Source: Sedimenticolaceae bacterium | Lineage (GTDB): Bacteria; Pseudomonadota; Gammaproteobacteria; Chromatiales; Chromatiaceae | Length of the DNA: 64,000 nt | Direction of reading: 5' to 3' | Assembly: GCA_050297535.1 (NCBI GenBank) | Contig: JBNKSV010000004.1 | Span: 17,313-81,312, forward strand | Part shown: positions 49,890 to 59,255 of the stretch, piece after piece | How positions within the stretch are numbered: the first letter of the stretch is position 1 | Layout of the letters: every line of letters starts with the position of its first letter | The notes under the pieces: model-generated | Databases searched by the model: none | Seen by the model: the letters and a program-made list of their open reading frames with translations, nothing else | Told to the model about the DNA's origin: nothing | Translations under genes and position numbers: made by a program

Positions 49890-50537
49890 ATGCGTACAAT
49901 CATGCTAATGAATGCCAAAGGCGGGTGTGGGAAGACCACCCTGGCAACCAACATCGCCACCTGGTTCGCAGATGAAGGACATAAGGTCGCCCTGGCGGAT
50001 TTTGATCCCCAAGGCTCATCGCTGGATTGGCTGGAGGCCCGCAAGCAGTACGCAGGCATCCCGGAAATAGAGGGCATTAATGCCGCAAAAGACCCGGTCT
50101 CACCGGCCCGGGGTACGGAGTTTCTGATAATGGACGCACCGGCCAACATCCACGGCAAGGAGATCAACGCCATGCTGCGGCGGGTCCAGACCCTGATCGT
50201 GCCGGTGTTGCCATCACCTATTGATATGCGCGCCTGCAGCCGCTTTCTGGATGAACTGCTCAGCAGCGGCCGCGTTTCCACCAAACAGACCAAGATCGCC
50301 ATAGTTGCCAACCGGGTTATGGAAAGAACCAATATCTTTAAACAACTTGAGGAATATCTCGGACACCTGAAACTACCGGTCCTGACCAACCTGCGGGAGA
50401 GCCAAAACTACATACGCTCCGCCGAAAAAGGTCTGGGTCTGTTCGAGCTTGCCCCGTCGATGGTATGGCCGGACCTGGAGCAATGGGATCCAATCTTCGA
50501 ATGGCTAAACAGCAAAAAGAGCATGCCTACCGGATAG
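49890..50537 (+). CDS. Orphan ParA/MinD-family P-loop ATPase
   Basis: Deviant Walker A NAKGGCGKTT with the signature Lys; 215 aa. No parB-like partner and no replicon or partition context. Confidence 0.75.
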   Translation: MRTIMLMNAKGGCGKTTLATNIATWFADEGHKVALADFDPQGSSLDWLEARKQYAGIPEIEGINAAKDPVSPARGTEFLIMDAPANIHGKEINAMLRRVQTLIVPVLPSPIDMRACSRFLDELLSSGRVSTKQTKIAIVANRVMERTNIFKQLEEYLGHLKLPVLTNLRESQNYIRSAEKGLGLFELAPSMVWPDLEQWDPIFEWLNSKKSMPTG

Positions 50538-50584
50538 GCACCCCCTGGCCTAAACCTGGCTAATGCCAGGAGAACCCCCGCCAC

Positions 50585-52309
50585 ATGGACTCTACAAAAG
50601 TACTCCTCGTCGATGATGAAGCCCTGGTGCTTGAGGGCTACCGCAGGATATTGCGCAAACAATTCCGGCTGGATACGGCCTCTAGTGGCCGGGAGGCGCT
50701 CGAACTGCTTGCACAGGACCAAGACTATGCCGTTGTCATATCGGACATGCGCATGCCCGGCATGAGCGGACTAGAGCTACTATCCAGGGTACGCGAAATC
50801 AATCCGAACACGGTTCGCATCATGCTGACCGGCAACTCAGAGCGACAAACCATCATCGACGCCATAAACCATGGGGAAATCTACAGGTTTCTTACCAAGC
50901 CATGTGATATAAATGTCATGGGCGAGGCCATCTCAGAAGGTATCCGGCGCTATAAACAGATCAAGGCAGACCGGGAACTGTTAAACAAGAACGCCGCCAA
51001 ACTCAGAGGATTGTCACAAAAACTCTCTTATCAATCTACTCACGACCCGCTTACCGGACTGGACAACCGCCGCTCTTTCGAGGCCCGACTCGACCAGGCC
51101 CTGGAGTCGGCACAAAATGAGACTCAAACGCACGCAGTCTGTTATCTGGACCTGGATCACCTCCATGTCATCAATGACAACTATGGCATAGAGGCTGGAG
51201 ACAGGTTGCTAAAAGAGATTGCTGCGCGTCTCAAACAAGGCCGCAGACGGGAAGATCTGGTGGCGCGCATGGGAGGTGACGAATTCGCCATCCTGCTAAG
51301 CGACTGTGACCTTGAACAGGCCCGCAAGATCGCGGACCAGCTGCGCCGGGAAATCAACAAAATCCAAATAACACAGGGCAACAAGGCGATCAGTATCAGC
51401 ATCAGTCTGGGTTTAACGCCCATAACCAGCGAAAACAATAACGTCGCAATCATACTCCATACCGCAGAGGCCGCCTGCGCCCTGGCGCGGGAACAAGGGC
51501 TAAACATTATCCGCGTCGCGGATGAGGATGACGAGGAACTAAAAAGGCGTTTGGGAGAGGTGCTGCGCGTTGCAGACATTAACCACGCGCTGGAAGAGGA
51601 TAGATTCAAACTCTATTATCAGACAATCGCCCCGTTAAACCCGGATAGTCTCAGTGGCCAGCATTATGAAATATTGCTACGCCTGCAGGATACAGACGGC
51701 ACTATCCACACCCCGGACAAATTCCTGCCCGCCGCCGAACGCTACCACCTAACCCCCAAGATCGACTGTTGGGTAATACGTCACTACGCCGCGTGGTTAG
51801 TCAATAACCCTGAACAATTGGACAGACTATTTATCTGTTCCATCAACCTATCCGGACTCTCTCTGGGCAATAGCGAGGTCCTTGACTGTATCATTGAGTC
51901 TTTCATACCCAACCAAATCCCCCCGGAGAAAATCTGTTTCGAGATCACCGAGACCGCAGCCATGCTGCGGATTGATGCGGCCATGGCATTCATAACCACA
52001 CTAAAGGAAAAGGGATTTTTACTTGCCCTGGATGACTTCGGGAGCGGCTACTCCTCATTCACCTATCTAAGGAACATGCCGGTCGATTTCCTTAAAATAG
52101 ATGGGGCGTTCGTGAAAAACATGGATACAGACAGGATAAGCAGAAATATGGTTAAGGCCATGCATGAGATTGGCAAATCAATAGAGATAAAAACCATCGC
52201 CGAATACGTTGAAAACGAAGATATCCAAAGATACCTGAGAGAGATGCAGATAGATTATGTGCAGGGTTACCTGATCGCCAAACCGCGGCCATTGGATGAC
52301 CTGAGATAG
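50585..52309 (+). CDS. Response regulator REC-GGDEF-EAL
   Basis: REC (VISDMRMPGMSG), GGDEF intact (RMGGDEFAILL), EAL motifs (FEITE, DDFGSGYSSF, KIDGAFV). Confidence 0.9.
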   Translation: MDSTKVLLVDDEALVLEGYRRILRKQFRLDTASSGREALELLAQDQDYAVVISDMRMPGMSGLELLSRVREINPNTVRIMLTGNSERQTIIDAINHGEIYRFLTKPCDINVMGEAISEGIRRYKQIKADRELLNKNAAKLRGLSQKLSYQSTHDPLTGLDNRRSFEARLDQALESAQNETQTHAVCYLDLDHLHVINDNYGIEAGDRLLKEIAARLKQGRRREDLVARMGGDEFAILLSDCDLEQARKIADQLRREINKIQITQGNKAISISISLGLTPITSENNNVAIILHTAEAACALAREQGLNIIRVADEDDEELKRRLGEVLRVADINHALEEDRFKLYYQTIAPLNPDSLSGQHYEILLRLQDTDGTIHTPDKFLPAAERYHLTPKIDCWVIRHYAAWLVNNPEQLDRLFICSINLSGLSLGNSEVLDCIIESFIPNQIPPEKICFEITETAAMLRIDAAMAFITTLKEKGFLLALDDFGSGYSSFTYLRNMPVDFLKIDGAFVKNMDTDRISRNMVKAMHEIGKSIEIKTIAEYVENEDIQRYLREMQIDYVQGYLIAKPRPLDDLR

Positions 52310-52416
52310 CGACTGCCATCCGCTCATCTTGGACGAGCCAGCTTGGCATGGGGTCACGGCAACAGCGCAAAATAGTCTAATATTTAGACGGAACGACAAA
52401 CAATCACGGAGTTAGT

Positions 52417-52953
52417 ATGCATCGTATTATGATCATTGATGATGAAGAGAATATGATCAGTTCTCTGCATCGGATTCTGAAAAAGGAATCGGACTTTGAG
52501 GTCGTGGCGCACACAGACCCGCATGCCGCACTTGCTGATGCCAACAGATCAAGGTTTCATCTGTTTTTATCCGACTACAGGATGCCCCAGATGGATGGGG
52601 TGGACTTTCTGGTAAACACCAAAATGTCCAATCCCCATGCCATGCGCCTGATCATAAGCGGCGCGGCCGATTTTACCGCCTTGATGGACGCCATCAATCA
52701 GGCCGAGATATACCGTTTTATCCCCAAGCCGATACAGGTACACGAGCTACTGCAAACCCTGCGGCAGGCCCTGCAAACATATGACCTAATGGATGAGAAC
52801 AGACAGCTTTCCGCACTGGTGCAGAAACAGCAAGGTGAACTAAAAAACCGGAAGCTGGCCCTGAAACAGTTTGCGAAACAACATCCCACCCTAGCCAATG
52901 TCAAATGGACGGAAGATGGTTCCATCGTCATTGATGAAAATGAGATATATTGA
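52417..52953 (+). CDS. Stand-alone receiver protein with a short coiled-coil tail
   Basis: REC (IMIIDDEENM..., FLSDYRMPQMDG, KP), then QLSALVQKQQGELKNRKLALKQ. Confidence 0.8.
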   Translation: MHRIMIIDDEENMISSLHRILKKESDFEVVAHTDPHAALADANRSRFHLFLSDYRMPQMDGVDFLVNTKMSNPHAMRLIISGAADFTALMDAINQAEIYRFIPKPIQVHELLQTLRQALQTYDLMDENRQLSALVQKQQGELKNRKLALKQFAKQHPTLANVKWTEDGSIVIDENEIY

Positions 52954-54121
52954 CGGCAGACGATCCGGCCTGATCCTTTACAACCAACAACACCCGCACC
53001 GGGCCGGATATAATCTCATTTTCTTCGGATGCCACTAAGCGCAATATCACTGCCGCACTTAACTCCTGGCCCTTGGCCACCAACAGGGTGCCTGATACAG
53101 AATATATATTCTGATCAAGGATCATCCCCGGTTTCAGCTTGCTTATAGGCAGGGTCATCACCTCAAACCTGGCCCCACCATGTCCAGCGACCAGCGCCTG
53201 CACCAGAAGCGGATCGTATTCGTCCGGATGTCTCTTTAACTCAGCTAAGGCCTCTTCATCATCCGCGCCACGCGATACCAGATCGTCATAGGCCAATGCC
53301 ACCTTCAGGATCTGTCCGCCCAATATGCCCTTTTGCGCATGGCTCAGCTGCCCGCCAATCTCTATCTTATCCGGGGCGGCATTCTGCTGTTCCACCATGG
53401 CGGCAATAATCTCAAAACGCGGAACATGCTTTAACAAGCGCGCTCCTATCTCGGGATGGCTATTGAATTGTTGCTCTTCCTGCCTGGATATCTCTTTGCC
53501 GGAAGCTATCTTCTCCATCAGCTCACTGGGCAGGGCTACGCAGCCAAGCTGCGATAGCATAGCCGCCAACTCATAGTTCCAGACATCCGCCAATTTCAGC
53601 TCTGTAGCCATATAACGGACGTTTCTTTTTATACGCGATGCGCGACTAAAAGAGGCGGGGTTTATCAATCCCAATATATCGGCAAGCAGGTTCACGGCCC
53701 CTTTTAGGGTCTTGTTCAGCAACTCCTTTTCAGCGGTGACCAGGCGATAATGTTGAATACCGTCGATCATGGTCTCAAACAAGACCCCGATCGGTACCGG
53801 CTTTTGCAGAAAACGATAGATATTACCGTCATTGATAGCCCGGATGGCCACGTCCAGATTGGCGTTACCGGTCAACATGACGCGTACCGTATCCTGCGAA
53901 AGCATCCTTACCTGGATAAGAAACTTCAGGCCATCCATATTCGGCATCTGCATATCGGATATCACCACCGCAAATGGTCCATCATATGTTATCGCCTGTA
54001 TGGCATCCTCGCCGCTGGCTGCGGTAACCAGATTTATCCGTTTATGAAACTGTCGGGTGAAAGAATCCAGAAGATTGCGATCATCATCTACCAACAGCAC
54101 CTTTTCAGCGGGCTTGGACAT
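52928..54121 (-). CDS. Response regulator REC - degenerate HD-GYP domain - C-terminal ~80-aa extension
   Basis: REC (VISDMQMPNMDG). The output region aligns to RpfG-type HD-GYP, but HD becomes SQ (AAMLSQLGCV), HHE becomes VEQ, and no GYP is present. Confidence 0.7.
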   Translation of the reverse strand: MSKPAEKVLLVDDDRNLLDSFTRQFHKRINLVTAASGEDAIQAITYDGPFAVVISDMQMPNMDGLKFLIQVRMLSQDTVRVMLTGNANLDVAIRAINDGNIYRFLQKPVPIGVLFETMIDGIQHYRLVTAEKELLNKTLKGAVNLLADILGLINPASFSRASRIKRNVRYMATELKLADVWNYELAAMLSQLGCVALPSELMEKIASGKEISRQEEQQFNSHPEIGARLLKHVPRFEIIAAMVEQQNAAPDKIEIGGQLSHAQKGILGGQILKVALAYDDLVSRGADDEEALAELKRHPDEYDPLLVQALVAGHGGARFEVMTLPISKLKPGMILDQNIYSVSGTLLVAKGQELSAAVILRLVASEENEIISGPVRVLLVVKDQAGSSAVNISHFHQ

Positions 54122-54198
54122 ATTTTACCCCCGGCGTCGATATACCGTTACATATACAACCACCGCATCCATAGTTATTAGGTTTAGCATCCATTGAT

Positions 54199-55422
54199 CT
54201 AATGCCTCTTCAATAATCCACTCTCTTTCTCACAAAGCGCTTCCCATGCGCCCAGATGGCCATCTATCCCCAGAGTACTCAGATAACACATATCCAGCCT
54301 CTCGGAAACAGGCGCAATGTTTTCCCCAGCGCGCGCATTATCCAACTCATTAGCGATGTGCACCGCCGTAAGCGGGCTGAATTGGGTTCCCGAGGATTTT
54401 ATAGGCGCATGATGAAATGCGACCGCCTCCAGAACCGCGTCGGCAAACCCCCAAAGCCCAAGCAGATAAGCTCCGACCGCCGTATGATTGGTCCCGATGA
54501 TTGCCTGCTCTGCCGTATAGCTTCGCCCCGGATCAGCATGTTCCAGATCGAGAACACTCTTATATTGCTCTGGCATATGGTCCACCAGAATAAGCTGACC
54601 AATATCGTGCAGGAATCCCGCCAGATAACTCTGTTCCGCAATAACTTTATCGGACTGTTCAGACAGGGCGATCTGTTTAGCAAGCATGCCTACCCTGATG
54701 CTGTGATCCAACAACCTATCCAGCGAAAATCCCGAACGACACAGTTTGTTAGTATCAAATTGCGAAAACAATTCCACCGTCAATACCAGCTGTTTGATTA
54801 TATCCAGTCCCAGCAGTGTGGCCGCTTCTGCGGGATGGGATATCTGCCGACCCAAACCAAAAAATGCTGAATTCACCAACTGCAGAATCTTGGCGGAAAT
54901 AGCCGGATCTTTCGATATGGTCTCCCCGATGGCGTGTACGGAATATTCCGGGGAATTTAGCTCCTCTAATATTTCGGAATATATCTGCGGAAAACTTGGC
55001 AATGAGGTTACGCCTGAAACCACCGCCAAGAATTTGCTGTCCGCGAGCAGGTCACGCAGAGACAGCGATCTAATCAGGGCGGATTTCAGAGACTCGATAT
55101 TACACGGCTTGGGGAAGAACTGATGGGCCAACTTGACGGATTGCAGCGTCGTATCCTCTTTTGAGTGCCCCGACAAGACAAAACGTATGGTTTCAGGATA
55201 GAGACGATACACCTCATTCAACAAATGCACGCCATCAACCCCAGGCATACACATGTCGGTGATAACCGCATCGAATTTCGTATGTGACATCAACTCCAGC
55301 GCATCTTCTCCGGATGATGCAAAGACCATATCCCAATTACTACGCTCCTTACGCAAGGCCCTGCGCAAGCCATCCAGGATGCCTTGGTTGTCGTCAATAA
55401 AAAGTATCCGTTTCTTTTCCAT
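54199..55422 (-). CDS. Response regulator REC-HDOD
   Basis: REC (VITDMCMPGVDG) plus HDOD (ISKDPAISAKILQLVNSAFFGLGRQISHPAEAATLLGLD). ATG 55422 (MEKKRILFIDD) is preferred; track start is 55455. Confidence 0.8.
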   Translation of the reverse strand: MEKKRILFIDDNQGILDGLRRALRKERSNWDMVFASSGEDALELMSHTKFDAVITDMCMPGVDGVHLLNEVYRLYPETIRFVLSGHSKEDTTLQSVKLAHQFFPKPCNIESLKSALIRSLSLRDLLADSKFLAVVSGVTSLPSFPQIYSEILEELNSPEYSVHAIGETISKDPAISAKILQLVNSAFFGLGRQISHPAEAATLLGLDIIKQLVLTVELFSQFDTNKLCRSGFSLDRLLDHSIRVGMLAKQIALSEQSDKVIAEQSYLAGFLHDIGQLILVDHMPEQYKSVLDLEHADPGRSYTAEQAIIGTNHTAVGAYLLGLWGFADAVLEAVAFHHAPIKSSGTQFSPLTAVHIANELDNARAGENIAPVSERLDMCYLSTLGIDGHLGAWEALCEKESGLLKRH

Positions 55423-55433
55423 AACCGGGTTGC

Positions 55434-56762
55434 TTACCCATCCAGAGGCAAACAAACAGTAAAGGTGGAACCTTCCCCCACCTGGCTTGTAACTTCGATA
55501 GTGCCGCCATGTTTATCCACAACGGCAGAATACGTTATGGCCAGACCCTGTCCCGTACCTTTACCCACCCCTTTGGTTGTAAAAAAGGGATCAAAGATAC
55601 GTTGAATGATCTTGCTTGACATCCCTATGCCAGTGTCACTGATAACTATCTTAGCCCATGGCCCGGATTTGCAGGTAGAAATTGCTATAACGCCTTTTGT
55701 CTCTCCATCCTTGTCTACCTTGTCCCGAATGGCCTGGGCGGCGTTCACCACAATATTCAGGATAGCCTGATTCAATTCCCCAGGAAGACAGGGCACCATC
55801 GGCAAGGACGGATCCAGATGCAACTGCATATCGGCATAATATTTCCATTCATTGCGCGATACCGTAACCGTGCTCTCTATGGCAGAGTTAATGTCTATAA
55901 GAACCTTCTCCTCCACACCAGGATGAGAAAACTCCTTCATCGCCCGGACTATATTCCCCACGCGCTCTATCCCTTCGAGTGATTGACTAATGGCCTTGGG
56001 TATCTCAGACCGCAAATAGGCGATATCTATCTCCTCCGCCAGCTCATCCGCCTCGGCGATAAGGTCCGTTGGTGTTTCTCCCTGTCTAACCTTTTCAATA
56101 ATCCTGTCCCGGACACCGGCCAGCTTCTCGATATCGCGAAAAGCCTCATTAATAAATCTGGCGTTATCCCCAACAAACTGTATAGGCGTGTTAATCTCGT
56201 GTGCAATGCCAGCGGCAAGCTGCCCAATAGACTCCAGCTTTTGAGCCTGTCTGAGCTGCATCTCCATCTTGTTCCACTCTTCCTCCGCCTCCCTGCGACT
56301 GGTGATATCCCGCACGCTGATAATCACCATATCCTGATCCGGAACATTGGCCTTGCTTACATTGATCTCTATGGGAATCTTCGAGCCGTCGTTGCGAACA
56401 CCGTATATCTCATGCAGGGTATTAAGGGGCTCACGCTCACTCACCTCAAGATAGAACTTAAAGTCCTCTTCACCTTCGGTGTGTAACAGCTCATCAATGC
56501 TATGACCGAGCATGCTGCCATCGGTGCAGCCAAAGATCAGCTTGGCAGCGCGATTAAGCATCTGGATCTTACCAGCCTCATCCAGAATGATGATACCGTC
56601 TCCGGTAGTTTCCAGAATGGTGCGACTGGCCTCTTCCCTTTCTATGAGTTCCTGATTAAGCTCATATAGTTCGAGACTCTTCTGTTCCAGCAGTTTTTCC
56701 GCCCGCTCCCTGGCTGCATGTTCTTGGGCATACATTTTTGTAAGGCGGTCTATCTCGTCCAT
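55434..56762 (-). CDS. Soluble PAS - HisKA - HATPase sensor histidine kinase
   Basis: N-terminal coiled coil and no TM. PAS (ILETTGDGIIILDEAGKI), H-box GIAHEINTPIQFV, N box VVNAAQAI, G boxes DTGIGM and GTGQGLAI. Confidence 0.85.
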   Translation of the reverse strand: MDEIDRLTKMYAQEHAARERAEKLLEQKSLELYELNQELIEREEASRTILETTGDGIIILDEAGKIQMLNRAAKLIFGCTDGSMLGHSIDELLHTEGEEDFKFYLEVSEREPLNTLHEIYGVRNDGSKIPIEINVSKANVPDQDMVIISVRDITSRREAEEEWNKMEMQLRQAQKLESIGQLAAGIAHEINTPIQFVGDNARFINEAFRDIEKLAGVRDRIIEKVRQGETPTDLIAEADELAEEIDIAYLRSEIPKAISQSLEGIERVGNIVRAMKEFSHPGVEEKVLIDINSAIESTVTVSRNEWKYYADMQLHLDPSLPMVPCLPGELNQAILNIVVNAAQAIRDKVDKDGETKGVIAISTCKSGPWAKIVISDTGIGMSSKIIQRIFDPFFTTKGVGKGTGQGLAITYSAVVDKHGGTIEVTSQVGEGSTFTVCLPLDG

Positions 56763-57080
56763 GCGTTATTTCCTCAATGTTGACGAGAATCCAATGACGG
56801 TTTCCGTTTTATCTGACCAATTATCATGCTCAATATTGATATCCTCGCCATATCAATCCGCCAGATCTTCACTAATGGAACCCCTGCAACACACAGAGGT
56901 TTGGTGACACAGGGACACGCCGCCATTTTCAATAGCCGTTAAACGATCGAAAATGAAGACAATGAAAGTCACCCTTTTCGTTTTTCGTGTTCAGCAAGGT
57001 CGTGAACGACTTTGCTGAACTTCCCAATGGAGATTTACTAAAATTTATCCTCCTACTTAGCGATTGAGTATAGAAGAACT

Positions 57081-57944
57081 TTAGTCAAAACAAGCAGACA
57101 GGCCGACATCCATGCCAGGATAAAGAAGGGTTACTCCAAGTTCATCCCTCATTCTACTGTTATCTAATCTTCTTGACTCATGCATATACGACAACATCCC
57201 CTCTGATAACTGTTGTGCTGCCTGGGACAATGTTATCGCCGGAGGCGCTGGCAGCCCCGCCAATTCAGCAATCTTGCTAAAGTAATCAATCATGGTTCCA
57301 GGTGAACCATCACTTACATTATAGACTGCCCCGTCACTACCTTTATCCATAGCAGCGACGCATACCTGCACCAGATCATCGATGTGGATTCGGTTGGTCC
57401 AGGGAGACTCCTCGGCCCGCACCAAGGGCAACCCCTTGCGCAGACGCTCCAGTGGCAACTTGCCAGGACCATAGATGCCAGCCACCCTCAGAATCACCAA
57501 CTCTCCCCCGGTATCGGCGCGCCACTCCCGAAGACGACACTCCGCATCCCAACGCCTTTTCGCCCGGGCAAACACCGGATTGACCGGACGCTCTTCCGTC
57601 ACCCATTCGCCTTGGCAATCTCCATACACGCCGGTGGTGCTGAGATAGACGATCCTGCGCGGATGACCCTGGCGCGCGAACTCCTCTATCAACCTACGCA
57701 CTCTGGTATCTGTCTCGCCGGATTTCGCTGGTGGAATAAAATAGAACAAGGTTGAGCCTTGCGGCGCAAGCTCCGTTGCCGCGTCCACATCCAGGTCAAC
57801 CTGCAAGGAACCTATCCCCATACCCGCCAACGCCTCGGCACTGGCAACAGTCCGTACCACGCCGGTTATCTGTCTATTCTCATGCTGACGCCTGATGGCT
57901 AACCGACGCCCCAGATAGCCACAACCATAGATGAATTCCGGCAT
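57081..57944 (-). CDS. SDR-family NAD(P)-dependent epimerase/dehydratase-like protein
   Basis: N-terminal GCGYLG Rossmann-like motif, 287 aa, only 6 nt downstream of the hemY stop. Confidence 0.65.
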   Translation of the reverse strand: MPEFIYGCGYLGRRLAIRRQHENRQITGVVRTVASAEALAGMGIGSLQVDLDVDAATELAPQGSTLFYFIPPAKSGETDTRVRRLIEEFARQGHPRRIVYLSTTGVYGDCQGEWVTEERPVNPVFARAKRRWDAECRLREWRADTGGELVILRVAGIYGPGKLPLERLRKGLPLVRAEESPWTNRIHIDDLVQVCVAAMDKGSDGAVYNVSDGSPGTMIDYFSKIAELAGLPAPPAITLSQAAQQLSEGMLSYMHESRRLDNSRMRDELGVTLLYPGMDVGLSACFD

Positions 57945-57950
57945 GGATTA

Positions 57951-59255
57951 TTAGGAGGATTCACCCGCCACCGGGAGGGGCGCGTCCAGAGGCTGACGCA
58001 AATCTAACGTTGCGTTTGCATCCGCATCACTCTGGGCCTTACGCCCATCGTATCTCCAGGAGCGAACCTGCGGAGCGGCGGATGCGAGCTCCAGTCCTGA
58101 ACGATAGCTATCCAGGGCCGGGCCATTCTCTCCCATCTGCTCTAACAAGATCCCCAATTCCTGATACGCCTCGACGCTAGGAGCTGAGCCGATGCTTGCC
58201 TCCAGGTAACTACGAGCCTTGCCCCACAGCCTGGAGCGCAGACAGATACGGGCCAGGGCCAATAACAGGACCGCATTGCGCGGACGCTCCTTTAGCCAGG
58301 ATTCGGCCCGGTTCAATTGCCGGGAGATATCTGCCCCCTCGGCCAAACCATAGAGTCCCACCAAACGCTCATCCCAGTGCTTGGCGATGGCCTCATCCAG
58401 CAGACGCACCGCTTCACTGCCCGTGCCCTTGTCCATCAGATGTTGCGCATAGATCAATACCAGCTCCACTTGGCTATGCAACTGCTTCGACATCTGTTTC
58501 CAGAGATTATCCACCCCCTCAGCGTCATCGCCCGCAACCGCCTTGCCCATCAGGCCTACATAAATCTTAACCTCAAGATCATCTATGTCCTGTTTGGAGA
58601 TGACGTCGCTCTTACGCATCTCCGGCAACAATGGTTGCAGCGCCTGCCAGTCCTCCAGACGCAGATAGATATCCCGTAGCATCTTAAGTACATAACCATG
58701 TTTGGGGGCAATCTCCCGCAAACGCATCAGGGTGGCCAAGGCCTGTTCCCTCTGATCATTGGAGAGCTGTAGCTCTGCCTGGGTATAAGATACCGCCAAC
58801 TCCTCGGAGGACTTGGCCTCCTGGGCCAATTTAAGATAGCTGTCCCGCTGGGCTATGGCCCCGCGTTCCTGGGCGACACGGGCCGCACACAGATAGTTCA
58901 AAGTGGGTTTATCTGATGCGTCAACATGCTTGAGCAGCTTTTGCTCGGCGCTCTTCCAATTACCCGCAGCCATATCCAGGAGACCGCTGGCCAAGGAGTT
59001 GTACGCCCGCTGCCGCTGCCTGCCTTTCTTCCATGCCTGCCACCGCTCCGGAACAGACCAGAGCCGCGCTAGAGTGCGGATAGCCAGATACAACACAAAA
59101 AACAGGGCCAGATCCAGCAGGATAAACATCGCCAGACTACCCTCCACCGTCCACTGGCCATAGCCGAGCAGGGCGTATCCATTACCCTGAATCAGCAGAG
59201 ATACCAGCGCCACCGCTAGCGCTATCAGGATAAGAGCGCTTATCAACCTCTTCAT
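57951..59255 (-). CDS. hemY: HemY-type TPR membrane protein
   Basis: Two N-terminal TMs plus TPR-rich body, in the last position of hemCDXY. Confidence 0.8.
   Translation of the reverse strand: MKRLISALILIALAVALVSLLIQGNGYALLGYGQWTVEGSLAMFILLDLALFFVLYLAIRTLARLWSVPERWQAWKKGRQRQRAYNSLASGLLDMAAGNWKSAEQKLLKHVDASDKPTLNYLCAARVAQERGAIAQRDSYLKLAQEAKSSEELAVSYTQAELQLSNDQREQALATLMRLREIAPKHGYVLKMLRDIYLRLEDWQALQPLLPEMRKSDVISKQDIDDLEVKIYVGLMGKAVAGDDAEGVDNLWKQMSKQLHSQVELVLIYAQHLMDKGTGSEAVRLLDEAIAKHWDERLVGLYGLAEGADISRQLNRAESWLKERPRNAVLLLALARICLRSRLWGKARSYLEASIGSAPSVEAYQELGILLEQMGENGPALDSYRSGLELASAAPQVRSWRYDGRKAQSDADANATLDLRQPLDAPLPVAGESS

Noticed and set aside
56989-57020. 9-bp perfect hairpin (GTTCAGCAA...TTGCTGAAC) downstream of the SDR gene, considered as its terminator
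   Set aside because: On the minus strand (the gene's strand) an A-rich rather than U-rich tract follows the hairpin. The loop is 14 nt. The evidence is not sufficient to call a terminator.
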